From positions 32,001-96,000 of the forward strand of contig CAVYQE010000008.1 of the NCBI GenBank assembly GCA_963770565.1: 64,000 nucleotides of DNA, given 5' to 3'. Origin of the DNA: an uncultured Actinomycetota bacterium. GTDB taxonomy: Bacteria; Actinomycetota; Actinomycetes; JAFAQI01. The translations under genes and the position numbers were made by a program. Shown here one piece after another: positions 11,544 to 21,339 of this stretch; within the stretch, counting starts at the first letter, position 1; the number at the start of each line of letters is the position of its first letter. Under the pieces are notes generated by a model. The model saw only the letters and a program-made list of their open reading frames with translations. It did no database searches and was not told where the DNA came from.

Positions 11544-11984
11544 GTGCAGATGAGTCACACGTCGCTTGCGACTGTCCTGGCAGCCACGTCATCCAAGAGC
11601 AGTGGCAGCAGCGGCTTCTCGATCCTGATCCTGGTCGCGATCTTCGCGCTCGCCTACGTGCTGTTCCTACGGCCGGCCCGCAACCGGCAGCGGGCGGCCG
11701 CAACCGCCCGCCGGCAGGTGGAGGTCGGCGACGAGGTGACCACGACGGCCGGCCTGATCGCGACCGTGGTCGCGGTCGAGGACGACATGCTGACCCTCGA
11801 GATCGCCCCCGGGGTCCATTGCCATTACCTGCCCGCGTCGATCCTTCGGGTCAACGTCGCCGAGCCGGAGCCCGACGCCGAAGGCCACGATGCGTCGACG
11901 CACGAGGTCATTGACGATCCCGACCAGGCCGCGAGCGCGGCCGAACCTACCGACGACGTCCCCGACGAGTCGGCGCCCGCGTAG
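11544..11984 (+). CDS. yajC: Preprotein translocase subunit YajC
   Basis: TM helix followed by 'LRPARNRQR...VGDEVTTTAGLIATV'. GGAGG RBS at 11529-33; the exact start is uncertain. Confidence 0.88.
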   Translation: MQMSHTSLATVLAATSSKSSGSSGFSILILVAIFALAYVLFLRPARNRQRAAATARRQVEVGDEVTTTAGLIATVVAVEDDMLTLEIAPGVHCHYLPASILRVNVAEPEPDAEGHDASTHEVIDDPDQAASAAEPTDDVPDESAPA

Positions 11985-12036
11985 CCCACCGCGCCATCGC
12001 GCCTCGGCGACGAGACCAATCGGAAGGCAGATCCCA

Positions 12037-13875
12037 GTGGCTGGACCGGCGAAGCAGCGACCGGGCCGTTCCCTCGGCCTGGTAGCGGCTGCCCTGATCG
12101 CGCTGTATCTCGGTGTCTTTCTCGGCCCGACCCAGACTCCGCACCTCGGGCTGGACCTGCGTGGTGGCACCGAGATCACCTTGACCGCGCATCCGATCGG
12201 CAACGGCAAGATCACCAAGAGCGCGCTCAACCAGGCGGTCGACATCATCCGCAAGCGGGCCAACGGGCTCGGCGTGTCCAACGCCAGTGTGGCGACTCAG
12301 GGCAATGACAACATCGTCGTCCAGGTGCCCGGCAAGGGTCATTCGGTGCTCAGCGCGGTCGGCCAGACCGCGTTGCTCCGCTTCCGGCAGGCCTTGTCGA
12401 TCGGCAGCGGGATCCCGACGCCCGTCTCGACGACGTCACCCACGCCCACGACCTCGCCTTCGCCGACCAAGTCCGGCAAGCCGGGCAAGCACAAGCACGT
12501 GCACAGCACGCCGACGCACTCGCCCAGCCCGAAGACAAGCACGTCGTCCTCGTCGCAGGGGGACACGGTGTCCTCCGCCCTGAAGAAGGCCACAACCTCG
12601 CCCACCCCGACGCCGACCACTGCTACGCCGCCGGCGACCGCAACCCCGGCATCCTCGCCGACGCCCGCACCGACTCCGACCGGCTTGGTCAACACGCCGC
12701 TTCCCAACAGCCAGTCGGCCACCTTGAGCACGGCATTCTTGCAGGCCTACGCCAACTGGGACTGTCTCAAGAACCCGAATCCGACCGAGGGCAACGACGT
12801 ACCGACCGACTACATCATCGGGTGCGCGACCGACGGCAGCACCAAATACCTGCTCGCGCCGGCCGCGGTCGAAGGCACCCAGGTGACCAGCGCGAGTTCG
12901 AGTATCGGCCAGACCAACCAGTGGCAGGTCGACCTCAACTTCAACGGCAGCGGCTCGAGTGCCTGGCAGAAGGTCACCGCAAAGGCGTACGCCATCAACA
13001 ACGGCCAACCTCAGTCCACGGCCTGCTCCCCGCCGACCGGGTGCAACTCGGTGGCGATCGTGCTCGACGGCGTGGTGGAGTCTGCGCCGTACATCAGCAG
13101 CCCGGGCGGGATCGCCGGCGGGCAGGCGCAGATCACCGGTGGCTTCACCCAGAAGAGTGCTGACGATCTCGCGAACATCCTCAAGTACGGGGCGCTGCCG
13201 CTGAAGTTCGACCCGTCGGACGTGCAGTCGGTCTCGGCCAGCCTCGGCGCCGCGCAGCTGCGCGGCGGACTGATCGCCGGCATCATCGGCCTCGGGCTGG
13301 TCATCATCTTCTCGCTGCTCTACTACCGCGCGCTCGGCATCGTCACGGTCGGCAGCCTCGCGGTGTCCGGCCTGATCCTCTACGCCGTCACCACCCTGCT
13401 CGGGCAGTCGGCGCTGGGCTACACCCTGTCGCTCCCCGGCATCGCCGGCTTCATCGTTGCGGTCGGCATCACCGCGGACTCCTTCGTCGTGTTCTTCGAA
13501 CGATTGCGCGACGAGATTCGCGAAGGCAGGCGACTGCGCAGCGGCGTCGAGCGCGCCTGGCCGCGCGCGCGGCGCACGATCCTTTCGGCCGACACGGTAT
13601 CGCTGCTCGCCGCGGTCGTGCTCTACCTGGTGTCGATCGGCGACGTCCGCGGCTTCGCCTTCACCTTGGGCCTGTCGACGCTGTCCGATCTGTTCATCGT
13701 GTTCTTCTTCACCAAGCCGTTGCTCACCGTGCTCGCGCGCCGACCAGCTTTCGACTCCGGCAAACCGTGGACCGGTGTGGGCAAGGCCCGCGCCGGCGTC
13801 GTACGCGATGTCGACATCGAGGATGCGCCGACGCGCGGTTCGCGGATCAGCCGGCCGAAGCCGACGGAGGCCTGA
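12037..13875 (+). CDS. secD: Protein translocase subunit SecD
   Basis: 'LGLDLRGG', 'LKYGALPL', 'GITADSFVVFFERLRDE', 'VRGFAFTLG'. Start at GTG 12037. Confidence 0.95.
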   Translation: MAGPAKQRPGRSLGLVAAALIALYLGVFLGPTQTPHLGLDLRGGTEITLTAHPIGNGKITKSALNQAVDIIRKRANGLGVSNASVATQGNDNIVVQVPGKGHSVLSAVGQTALLRFRQALSIGSGIPTPVSTTSPTPTTSPSPTKSGKPGKHKHVHSTPTHSPSPKTSTSSSSQGDTVSSALKKATTSPTPTPTTATPPATATPASSPTPAPTPTGLVNTPLPNSQSATLSTAFLQAYANWDCLKNPNPTEGNDVPTDYIIGCATDGSTKYLLAPAAVEGTQVTSASSSIGQTNQWQVDLNFNGSGSSAWQKVTAKAYAINNGQPQSTACSPPTGCNSVAIVLDGVVESAPYISSPGGIAGGQAQITGGFTQKSADDLANILKYGALPLKFDPSDVQSVSASLGAAQLRGGLIAGIIGLGLVIIFSLLYYRALGIVTVGSLAVSGLILYAVTTLLGQSALGYTLSLPGIAGFIVAVGITADSFVVFFERLRDEIREGRRLRSGVERAWPRARRTILSADTVSLLAAVVLYLVSIGDVRGFAFTLGLSTLSDLFIVFFFTKPLLTVLARRPAFDSGKPWTGVGKARAGVVRDVDIEDAPTRGSRISRPKPTEA

Positions 13876-13876
13876 G

Positions 13877-15134
13877 ATGGCGCGCGATTCGTTAGCCACC
13901 CGGCTCTACCGCGGTGAGGTCTCGTGGGACTTCATCGGCCGCCGTCGCCGCTGGTATGCGCTGTCGCTGACGGTCATGGCGATCGGCATCATCAGCCTGG
14001 CGATCCGGGGGATCAACCCCTCGATCGACTTCACCGGCGGCGCACAGTTCCAGGGCCCGCTGAACGGGCACACGATCTCTCAGGTCAGAGGCGCGGTTAC
14101 CTCAACCGGGATCAGCCCCGACGTGGTCGAGACGACCGGTAGCGGATCGGACGAGCGGTTCGAGGTCCAGACCAAGACGCTGGACACCGCCCAGGTCAAC
14201 CAGGTCCAGAGCTCACTGATCAGCAAGATCGGCGTGACCGAGCAGAACCTCGACATCACCACGGTCGGCTCGACCTGGGGCAGTCAGATCACCCACAAGG
14301 CGGTCCTGGGCCTGATCATCTTCCTGATCGCGGTTATCGCTTATCTGTCGGTGCGGTTCGAGTGGAAGATGGCGCTCGCGGCGATCATCGCGTTGATTCA
14401 CGACCTGATCATCACGGCCGGGATCTATTCGTTGTCGGGGTTCCAGGTCAGCCCGTCCACCGTCATCGCGTTGCTGACGATCCTCGGTTATTCGCTCTAC
14501 GACACCGTGGTGGTCTTCGACAAAGTGCGGGAGAACACAGCGGGCATCGCCGGCGGCAGCAAGATGACCTTCACCCAGGCGTCCAACCTCGCCGTCAACC
14601 AGACCCTGGTCCGGTCGATCAACACCTCGATCATCGCGTTGCTGCCGGTGCTCGGGCTGCTGGTCATCGGTTCCGGCCTGCTCGGTGCCGGGTCGTTGAA
14701 CGACCTGTCGCTGGCGCTGTTCATCGGTCTGGCCTCCGGTGCCTACTCGTCGATCTTCATCGCGACGCCGCTGCTGTGTGACTTCAAGGAGCGCGAGCCG
14801 ACGTACCAGCAGCTGGCCAAGCGGGTCGCCAGCCGGCGGGCGAAGGAGTCCCGCGAAGCGGTGGCCGGCCTGACCCCGGCCACGGCGGGCGCACCGCTGG
14901 CCGCGCGCGAGCAGCCCGCCCAGCGGTTCGTCGCCACCAAGCTCGAGCCGGGCGGCGGCGCCGACGACGGCGAGCGACGAGGACGGCAGCGGTGAGGACG
15001 GTGCGGAGGTGCCGGCCGGCCCGCCGCGCACCGGTACGCCGCCCAGGGCCGGTTCGCGGCCGGCGCAGGCGCAGCGGCGGAGCAACCGCGGCGGGCGTCC
15101 GGGCGGGCGCGGCAAGTCGCGCAAGCGACGGTGA
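13877..15134 (+). CDS. secF: Protein translocase subunit SecF (apparent +1 frameshift near 14950 in the C-terminal tail)
   Basis: 'SIDFTGG', 'LGYSLYDTVVVFDKVREN', 'RSINTS'. The ORF as read stops at 14995, but another frame gives the typical basic tail '...RRSNRGGRPGGRGKSRKRR*' ending at 15134 and overlapping the apt GTG. Confidence 0.9.
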
Positions 15135-15660
15135 GCCTCGACCTCGGGGCGCTGCTGCGCTCGAGGGTTCGCGAGATCCCGGACTTCCCTGAGCCGGGCG
15201 TCAGTTTCAAGGACATCACCCCGTTGCTCGCCGACCACGTGGCGTTCGCCGGCGCGGTCGACGCAATCGTCGGCCACCATGGCCGCGGCACGATCGACAA
15301 GGTGGTCGGCATCGAAGCCCGCGGATTCATCCTTGCCGCCCCGGTCGCCTACCACTTCGGCGCCGCGTTCGTGCCGATCCGCAAGGCCGGCAAGCTGCCC
15401 AGCGCGACCTTCGCCGAGTCCTACGCCCTCGAGTACGGCGAGGCGACGATCGAGGTGCACCAGGACGCGTTCAGCCCGGGGAGCGGGTGCTGCTCGTCGA
15501 CGACGTCCTTGCCACCGGCGGCACGGTCGCCGCGGCGGCCCGGCTGGTCGAGCGGTCCGGCGCGGTCGTCGCCGGTTGCAGCGTGCTGATCGAGCTCGCT
15601 GCGCTCGGCGGCCGCGCCCGGCTCGGCGACCTCGACATCCAGGCGCTGCTGACCTACTGA
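15131..15660 (+). CDS. apt: Adenine phosphoribosyltransferase (frameshift in G-run at ~15478-15481)
   Basis: 'IPDFPEPGVSFKDITPLL', 'GIEARGF', 'RKAGKLP'. The PRPP motif 'RVLLVDDVLATGGT' and the end 'ALLTY*' (15660) are in another frame. Confidence 0.9.
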
Positions 15661-15763
15661 TGGCGCATTAGCCCATTCGTGCGCGCCGCGCCGCCCGGAC
15701 GGGAACGCTGCGCACGCTTCGATCGTTAGACTTGATACCTGAAGCTGACGAAGGGCTGTGCGC

Positions 15764-18055
15764 GTGGCGAATGACGTCGTTCCGGTTGCGGATGACGTCC
15801 TGCCCGCTGCCGCCGAATCGATCACCGAACCCGCCCCGGCCGCCCGGGTCCGGACCAGGCTGGGCCGCCTCGCCGGCCCCAAGGACTCCCCGCCGCCGGA
15901 GCTCGAGCCGCTGCTGAAGACCCTGCGCGCCAACCATCCCAAGGCCGACATCCGGCCGGTGATCCGGGCCTACGAGGTGGCCGAGCGCTGTCACCGCGGC
16001 CAGCAGCGGCGTAGCGGTGACCCCTACATCACCCACCCGGTGGCAGTGGCGACGATCGCGGCCGAGCTCGGCATGGAAGCGCCGACGCTCTGTGCGGCCC
16101 TGCTGCACGACACCGTCGAGGACACCGCGCTGTCGCTCGCCGATGTCACCCGCGACTTCGGCGACGAGGTCGGCCGCCTGGTCGACGGCGTGACCAAGCT
16201 CGACAAGGTCCGCTACGGCGAGTCGGCCGAGGCCGAGACGATCCGCAAGATGGTGGTCGCGATGGCGCGCGACCCGAAGGTGCTGATCGTCAAGCTCGCC
16301 GACCGGCTGCACAACATCCGTACCGTGTCCTGGCTGCCGCCGGACAAGCAGCACCGGATGGCCAAGCAGACCCTCGAGATCTACGCGCCGCTGGCGCATC
16401 GGCTCGGGATGAACGCGATCAAGTGGGAGCTCGAGGACCTGTCCTTCGCGACCCTCTACCCGAAGCGCTACGACGAGATCGTCCGACTGGTGGCCGAGCG
16501 TGCTCCATCCCGCGAGACCTACCTGGCCGGGGTGTCCGAGAGCGTCGGCACTGAGCTGCGGAACGCGAAGATCAAGGCGACCGTGACCGGTCGGCCGAAG
16601 CACTACTACTCGATCTACCAGAAGATGATCGTGCGCGGCCGCGACTTCGACGACATCCATGACCTGGTCGGGCTGCGCATCACGGTCGAGACCGAGCGCG
16701 ACTGCTACGCGGCGCTCGGCGTGATTCACACCATGTGGTCGCCGGTGCCCGGCCGGTTCAAGGACTACATCGCAATGCCGAAGTTCAACCTCTACCAGTC
16801 GCTGCACACCACCGTGATCGGCCCGCAGGGCAAGCCGGTCGAGGTGCAGATCCGGACCACGCAGATGCATCGCCGGGCCGAGTACGGCATCGCATCTCAT
16901 TGGAAATACAAGGAATCTTCCGAGGTCGGCGAGCACGACATGACCTGGCTGCGGCAGCTGGTCGACTGGCAGCGCGAGACCCAGGACCCCGGCGAGTTCC
17001 TCGACTCGCTGCGATGGGACCTGCACGCCAACGAGGTGTTCGTCTTCACCCCGAAGGGCGACGTGATCGCCCTGCCCGCGAGTGCGACTCCGGTCGACTT
17101 CGCGTACGCCGTGCACACCGAGGTCGGACACCGTTGCATCGGCGCGCGGGTCAACGGCCGGCTGGTGCCGCTCGAGTCGCCGCTCGACAACGGCGACGTG
17201 GTCGAGGTCTTCACCTCGAAGTCCGAGTCGGCCGGACCGAGCCGCGACTGGTTGTCGTTCGTCAAGTCGCCGCGGGCCCGCAACAAGATCCGCCAGTGGT
17301 TCGCCAAGGAACGTCGCGAGGACGCGATCGACCAGGGCAAGGAGGCGCTCAGCCGCGCGATGCGCAAGGCCGGGCTTCCCCTGCAGCGGCTGATGGGCGG
17401 CGACGCGCTGCTGACCCTCGCACGCGACCTGCACTACGCCGACGTATCGGCGCTATATGCCGCGATCGGCGAGGGCCAGATGTCGGCGCAGTCGATCGTC
17501 CAGCGACTGGTACACGCGCTCGGCGGACCCGAAGGCGCGGTCGACGACATCGCCGAGACCGAGACCGCCACCCGGACCCGCGCCCGGCCACGCCCGGCCG
17601 GCGATCCCGGTGTCGTGATCAAGGGCGTGACCGACGTGTGGGCAAAGCTCGCCCGCTGCTGCACGCCGGTGCCGGGCGACGAGATCCTCGGCTTCGTGAC
17701 CCGCGGTCACGGGGTGTCGGTGCATCGGGTCGACTGCACCAACGCGGCGAGCCTGCAGGCCGACCCGAGCCGGTTGGTCGAGGTCGAGTGGGCCCCGACT
17801 GCGGGCTCGGTCTTCCTGGTCGCGATCCACGTCGAGGCACTCGACCGCAACCGGTTGCTCTCCGACGTGACCCGGGTGCTCTCCGATGCGCACGTCAACA
17901 TCCTGTCCGCGGCCGTCTCGACCACCCGCGACCGCGTCGCGACGTCACGGTTCACCTTCGAGATGGGCGACCCGAAACACCTCGGCCACCTGCTCCGCGC
18001 CGTACGCGGTGTTGAAGGCGTCTACGACGCCTACCGCGTCACCTCCGGCTTCTAG
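15764..18055 (+). CDS. relA: Bifunctional (p)ppGpp synthetase/hydrolase Rel
   Basis: HD motif 'LLHDTVED', 'KLADRLHN', '[11 protein letters not shown]', 'YQSLHTT', and TGS and ACT domains. Confidence 0.97.
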   Translation: MANDVVPVADDVLPAAAESITEPAPAARVRTRLGRLAGPKDSPPPELEPLLKTLRANHPKADIRPVIRAYEVAERCHRGQQRRSGDPYITHPVAVATIAAELGMEAPTLCAALLHDTVEDTALSLADVTRDFGDEVGRLVDGVTKLDKVRYGESAEAETIRKMVVAMARDPKVLIVKLADRLHNIRTVSWLPPDKQHRMAKQTLEIYAPLAHRLGMNAIKWELEDLSFATLYPKRYDEIVRLVAERAPSRETYLAGVSESVGTELRNAKIKATVTGRPKHYYSIYQKMIVRGRDFDDIHDLVGLRITVETERDCYAALGVIHTMWSPVPGRFKDYIAMPKFNLYQSLHTTVIGPQGKPVEVQIRTTQMHRRAEYGIASHWKYKESSEVGEHDMTWLRQLVDWQRETQDPGEFLDSLRWDLHANEVFVFTPKGDVIALPASATPVDFAYAVHTEVGHRCIGARVNGRLVPLESPLDNGDVVEVFTSKSESAGPSRDWLSFVKSPRARNKIRQWFAKERREDAIDQGKEALSRAMRKAGLPLQRLMGGDALLTLARDLHYADVSALYAAIGEGQMSAQSIVQRLVHALGGPEGAVDDIAETETATRTRARPRPAGDPGVVIKGVTDVWAKLARCCTPVPGDEILGFVTRGHGVSVHRVDCTNAASLQADPSRLVEVEWAPTAGSVFLVAIHVEALDRNRLLSDVTRVLSDAHVNILSAAVSTTRDRVATSRFTFEMGDPKHLGHLLRAVRGVEGVYDAYRVTSGF

Positions 18056-18060
18056 CGCTC

Positions 18061-18115
18061 GCCGTTCGTGAGCCGCTAGCGGCGCCCCAGCACCGCGGAG
18101 AGCGCACAAATCGGC
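18061..18115. repeat. Palindromic REP-like element, left copy
   Basis: TTCGTGAGCCG-N26-GCGCACAAAT with imperfect inverted arms; same architecture as 19145..19192. Confidence 0.65.
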
Positions 18116-18187
18116 CGGGCTGCTTAGCCATCAACATATCTGCGGTCTGCGTTGCGACGTGGCCCAGCCATCACGAGGCTCGACCTC

Positions 18188-19152
18188 ATGCGCAATCGGA
18201 CCTGCGAGAACGAACTCCCATCCCTCGGCGAGGCGATGGCGTTCGCGGTCGACGTCACAGGCTGTCGGGAGGCCGGACTGAGCGATGGCCGCCGGCGCTG
18301 GCTGGTCGAGTCGGGTCGGTGGCAGTCACCGTTCCCCGGGGTGTAGGTCACATTCAGCGGGCCCGTTCCCTTGCAGACAAGGCAGCACGCCGCGCTGCTC
18401 TATTGCGGGGACTGTTCTGCCCTCAGTCATGACTCCGCCGGTAGATGCTGGCGGCTTTGCCGCGACCCTGCGTCGATACATGTCACAGTCCGGTATCCGA
18501 GGCAGGTCGATGACCAACCCGGCCTGGTGGTTCATCGCTCACGTACCTTGACTGCCGACGCCGTCCATCGCGTGTTCACGCCTCGTCGCACAACCATCGA
18601 GCGCACAGTCCTGGACCTGCTCGAGGGCAAGCAATCTGCAGACGCGGCCCTGGGGCTCGTGGCGGACTCTTTTCGTGATCGCCTGTCTTCGCCCGAGGCG
18701 CTGCGCGCTGCTCTGCTCACCCATCCGAAGACCCGCTGGCGTCGAGTCGTCCTGGATGCGTTGCCGGACTTGGGGCAGGTGCGCAGTCGTCGCTTGAGGT
18801 TCGAGACGCGCGACTTCGGCGCCAACACGGCTTGCCGCAGGGGCGACGACAGGCTCAGCGGCTCTGCGGCGGTGCCGAGTATCTGGACGTTCTCATCGAT
18901 GAATGGGGCGTGCATATCGAGATTGACGGACGGCTGGGTCATGACCGGGCGCGTGAGACCTGGCGAGACATGCGCCGTGACAACCGTAGTGAGATGCAAG
19001 GGCTGCGCAAGCTGCGCTATGGCTGGTCCGACTACGTGGACCGTCCCTGTGATGTCGCGATTCAGCAGGCACAGCTGCTTCGGCGGCAGGGGTGGCCGGG
19101 CACGTTCAGAAGGTGTGCACGCTGCCCACAGCCGCTGCCCCCCGGTTTGTGA
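18188..19152 (+). pseudogene. AbiEi-like N-terminal / DUF559 (Vsr-like) nuclease family gene, disrupted
   Basis: Three segments join: 'RRWLVESGRWQSPFPGV*(TAG 18344-46)VTFSGP..AALLYCG..ALSHDSA..IHVTV..PGLVVHRSR..TTIERTVLDL', then after a frameshift at ~18773 'AQSSLEVR..HGLP..YLDV..IEIDGRLGH..RDMRRDN..LRYGWSD'. Codon usage differs from the neighbours. Confidence 0.75.
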
Positions 19153-19192
19153 GCCGTCGCCGGGGCCAGAGCAGCGCTCACGGCGCACAAAT
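19145..19192. repeat. Palindromic REP-like element, right copy
   Basis: TTTGTGAGCCG-N26-GCGCACAAAT; arms GTTTGTGAGCCGT / ACGGCGCACAAAT. Confidence 0.65.
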
Positions 19193-19200
19193 GGCGCGGC

Positions 19201-19893
19201 TCAGCCCTTGGTGACGCCGAAGGACTCGATCACGACCGCCTGGTTCGGGTGGCCGTCGCCGCTGCCGTTGGTGTTGTCGCTGCCCGCCCTGGCGATCCGC
19301 TGCAGCACGCTGAGGCCCGCGGTGATGTGGCCGAACGGGGTGTATTGCGGCGGCAGGCTCGTGTTGGCGTAGACGAAGAAGAACTGGCTGCCGCCGGTGT
19401 GCGGCTGACCGGTGTTGGCCATCGCGACGGTGCCGGCCGGGTACGTCGCACCCTTGAGGTTCTCGTCCGGGATCGTGTAGCCGGGCCCGCCGGCGCCGCT
19501 GCCGGTCGGGTCGCCGCACTGCAGGACGAAGATCCCTTGCGTGGTGAGCCGGTGGCACGGCGTGTCGTTGAAGTAGCCCCGACCGGCGAGGAACGCAAAC
19601 GAGTTGACCGTGTGCGGAGCCTTGCCGCCGAACAGCGACACGATGATCGTGCCGCAGTTCGTGACGACCCGGGCCGTGTACGTCGTCCGCTTGATTCTCA
19701 GTGGCGGCTCGTGGGCGAACTGCAGGTGGTTCTGCTGCAACGGCGGTGGCGTCGTACACCCGTTGGCGTCGAGGGTGCCGGGCTTCGGCGACGACGACGA
19801 GGCCGCGCCGGCACCGCTGCTGCTCGACCCGCATGCGGTCACGAGCAATGCGATCAGCGCAAGAGCGGCGGCGGCGAGATGCCGACGGGTCAT
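19201..19893 (-). CDS. ppiB: Cyclophilin-type peptidyl-prolyl isomerase, predicted lipoprotein
   Basis: Starts at ATG 19893 with a signal peptide and lipobox 'LVTAC'. 'TPCHRLTT...LQCGDPTG', 'AMANTG.PHTGGSQFF', 'YTPFG'. Confidence 0.88.
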   Translation of the reverse strand: MTRRHLAAAALALIALLVTACGSSSSGAGAASSSSPKPGTLDANGCTTPPPLQQNHLQFAHEPPLRIKRTTYTARVVTNCGTIIVSLFGGKAPHTVNSFAFLAGRGYFNDTPCHRLTTQGIFVLQCGDPTGSGAGGPGYTIPDENLKGATYPAGTVAMANTGQPHTGGSQFFFVYANTSLPPQYTPFGHITAGLSVLQRIARAGSDNTNGSGDGHPNQAVVIESFGVTKG

Positions 19894-20564
19894 GCCTTGA
19901 CCATCGTGACGAGGAAGATCAGCGTCTCGTTGGGTTGGATCGCCCCGGAGCCGGTGGCTCCGTAGCCGAGCGCGGCCGGGATGATCAGCTCGCGGACCCC
20001 GCCGGCCTTCATGCCGACCAGGCCCTGATCCCAGCCGGGGATGACCTTGCCTGCACCGAGCGGGAAGCTGAACTCCTTGTTCTTCGCGCCATCGGTGTAG
20101 GAGGCGTCGAAGGCCTTCCCGCTGCTGCACGACACGCCGACGTACTTGACCGTGATCGTGCTGCCCTTCTTCGCCGCCTTGCCGTGACCGGCCTTGATGT
20201 CCTTGACGACCAGCTTGCTCGGCGCCTTGCCCTTGACGTCCGGCACGGTCGGGTCGCCCTTGGCCGGCGGGTTGGGCGTGATCTTCGCGCACTTGGTCGG
20301 CGCGGGCGGCGGGGTCGGGGTGGTCGTGGCCGTCGGCGTGGTGCTCGGCGTCGGGCTGGTCGACACGCCCTTCTTCTTGGGGGAGCCGCCGAAGATCACG
20401 ATTCCGAGAATGACCAGGATCACGATGACCGCGAGCGTTCCCACGCTCGCGCCGATCACCGTGTTGCGCCGCTTTGTCCGCGCGCGTCGTTCGAGCTCGG
20501 CTTGACGGCGTCGCTCGAAGCGACGTCGGGCGAGCTCGCGCTCACGCCGGCGACTGGTCGCCAC
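19890..20564 (-). CDS. FKBP-type peptidyl-prolyl isomerase with N-terminal membrane anchor
   Basis: GTG 20564 with GGAGG RBS. Arg-rich N-terminus, TM helix, T/P linker, then 'VKYVG..FDASY..VIPGWDQGLVGMKAGGVRELIIPAALGYG'. Confidence 0.9.
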   Translation of the reverse strand: MATSRRRERELARRRFERRRQAELERRARTKRRNTVIGASVGTLAVIVILVILGIVIFGGSPKKKGVSTSPTPSTTPTATTTPTPPPAPTKCAKITPNPPAKGDPTVPDVKGKAPSKLVVKDIKAGHGKAAKKGSTITVKYVGVSCSSGKAFDASYTDGAKNKEFSFPLGAGKVIPGWDQGLVGMKAGGVRELIIPAALGYGATGSGAIQPNETLIFLVTMVKA

Positions 20565-20655
20565 AAAGGCCTCCGGAATCGGTCGGGGAAATAACCGCGC
20601 TGAGTCTAGAAGAGCGCTCGATAGTCTGACCTGAAACCCACCTGAAAGGATCAAG

Positions 20656-21333
20656 GTGCTTGTCGTCGGGTTCCCCGCCGGGCCATGGGAGACGAACTGC
20701 TGGGTCGTCGCGCCCGCGCGCGGCGAGCAGTGCGTCGTCATCGACCCCGGCCACGGCGCTGAAGGCCCGCTCGACGACGTGCTCAGCAAGTTCGGCCTGA
20801 TGCCGGCGGCGGTGCTGCTGAGCCACGGCCACGTGGACCACATCTGGTCGGTCACGCCGGTCTGCGGCGCCAAGAACGTGCCCGCCCTGATTCACCCGGG
20901 CGACCGCGGAATGCTCACCGATCCGTTCGCCGGGCTCGGCATGCGCCCCGGTACGCCGATCCTCGGCCGGCTCGAGTGGTCGGAGCCCGACGACGTTCGA
21001 GAGCTCGCCGACGGCGAGGTCCTGTCGCTGGCCGGGCTCGACCTGCGGGTCGACTGGACCCCGGGTCACACCCCGGGCTCGGTGACCTTCAGTACCGGCA
21101 GCGAGTTCTTCTCTGGTGACCTGCTCTTCGCCGGGTCGATCGGGCGCACCGACCTGCCGGGCGGCTCATTCGAGGCGATGCTGGACTCGCTCGCCCGGGT
21201 GCCGCTCGGGCTGCCGGACGAGACCGTCGTACGTCCGGGTCACGGGCCCGACACCACGATCGGTCGCGAACGTGCGACGAACCCGTTCCTCGCCGACCTG
21301 CCCGCCGCGACGCCGGTCCGGCGGGGGCTGTGA
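20656..21333 (+). CDS. MBL-fold metallohydrolase (glyoxalase II-like)
   Basis: 'SHGHVDH', 'TPGHTPGS', 'SGDLLFAGSIGRTD', 'PGHG'. Conserved position before hisS. Confidence 0.9.
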   Translation: MLVVGFPAGPWETNCWVVAPARGEQCVVIDPGHGAEGPLDDVLSKFGLMPAAVLLSHGHVDHIWSVTPVCGAKNVPALIHPGDRGMLTDPFAGLGMRPGTPILGRLEWSEPDDVRELADGEVLSLAGLDLRVDWTPGHTPGSVTFSTGSEFFSGDLLFAGSIGRTDLPGGSFEAMLDSLARVPLGLPDETVVRPGHGPDTTIGRERATNPFLADLPAATPVRRGL

Positions 21334-21339
21334 GCTGAC

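Noticed and set aside
18344-18346. In-frame TAG as possible pyrrolysine or recoding site
   Set aside because: It falls at a position that is typically Tyr (one substitution from TAC/TAT), the gene also has a frameshift, and TAG is a normal stop throughout the window.
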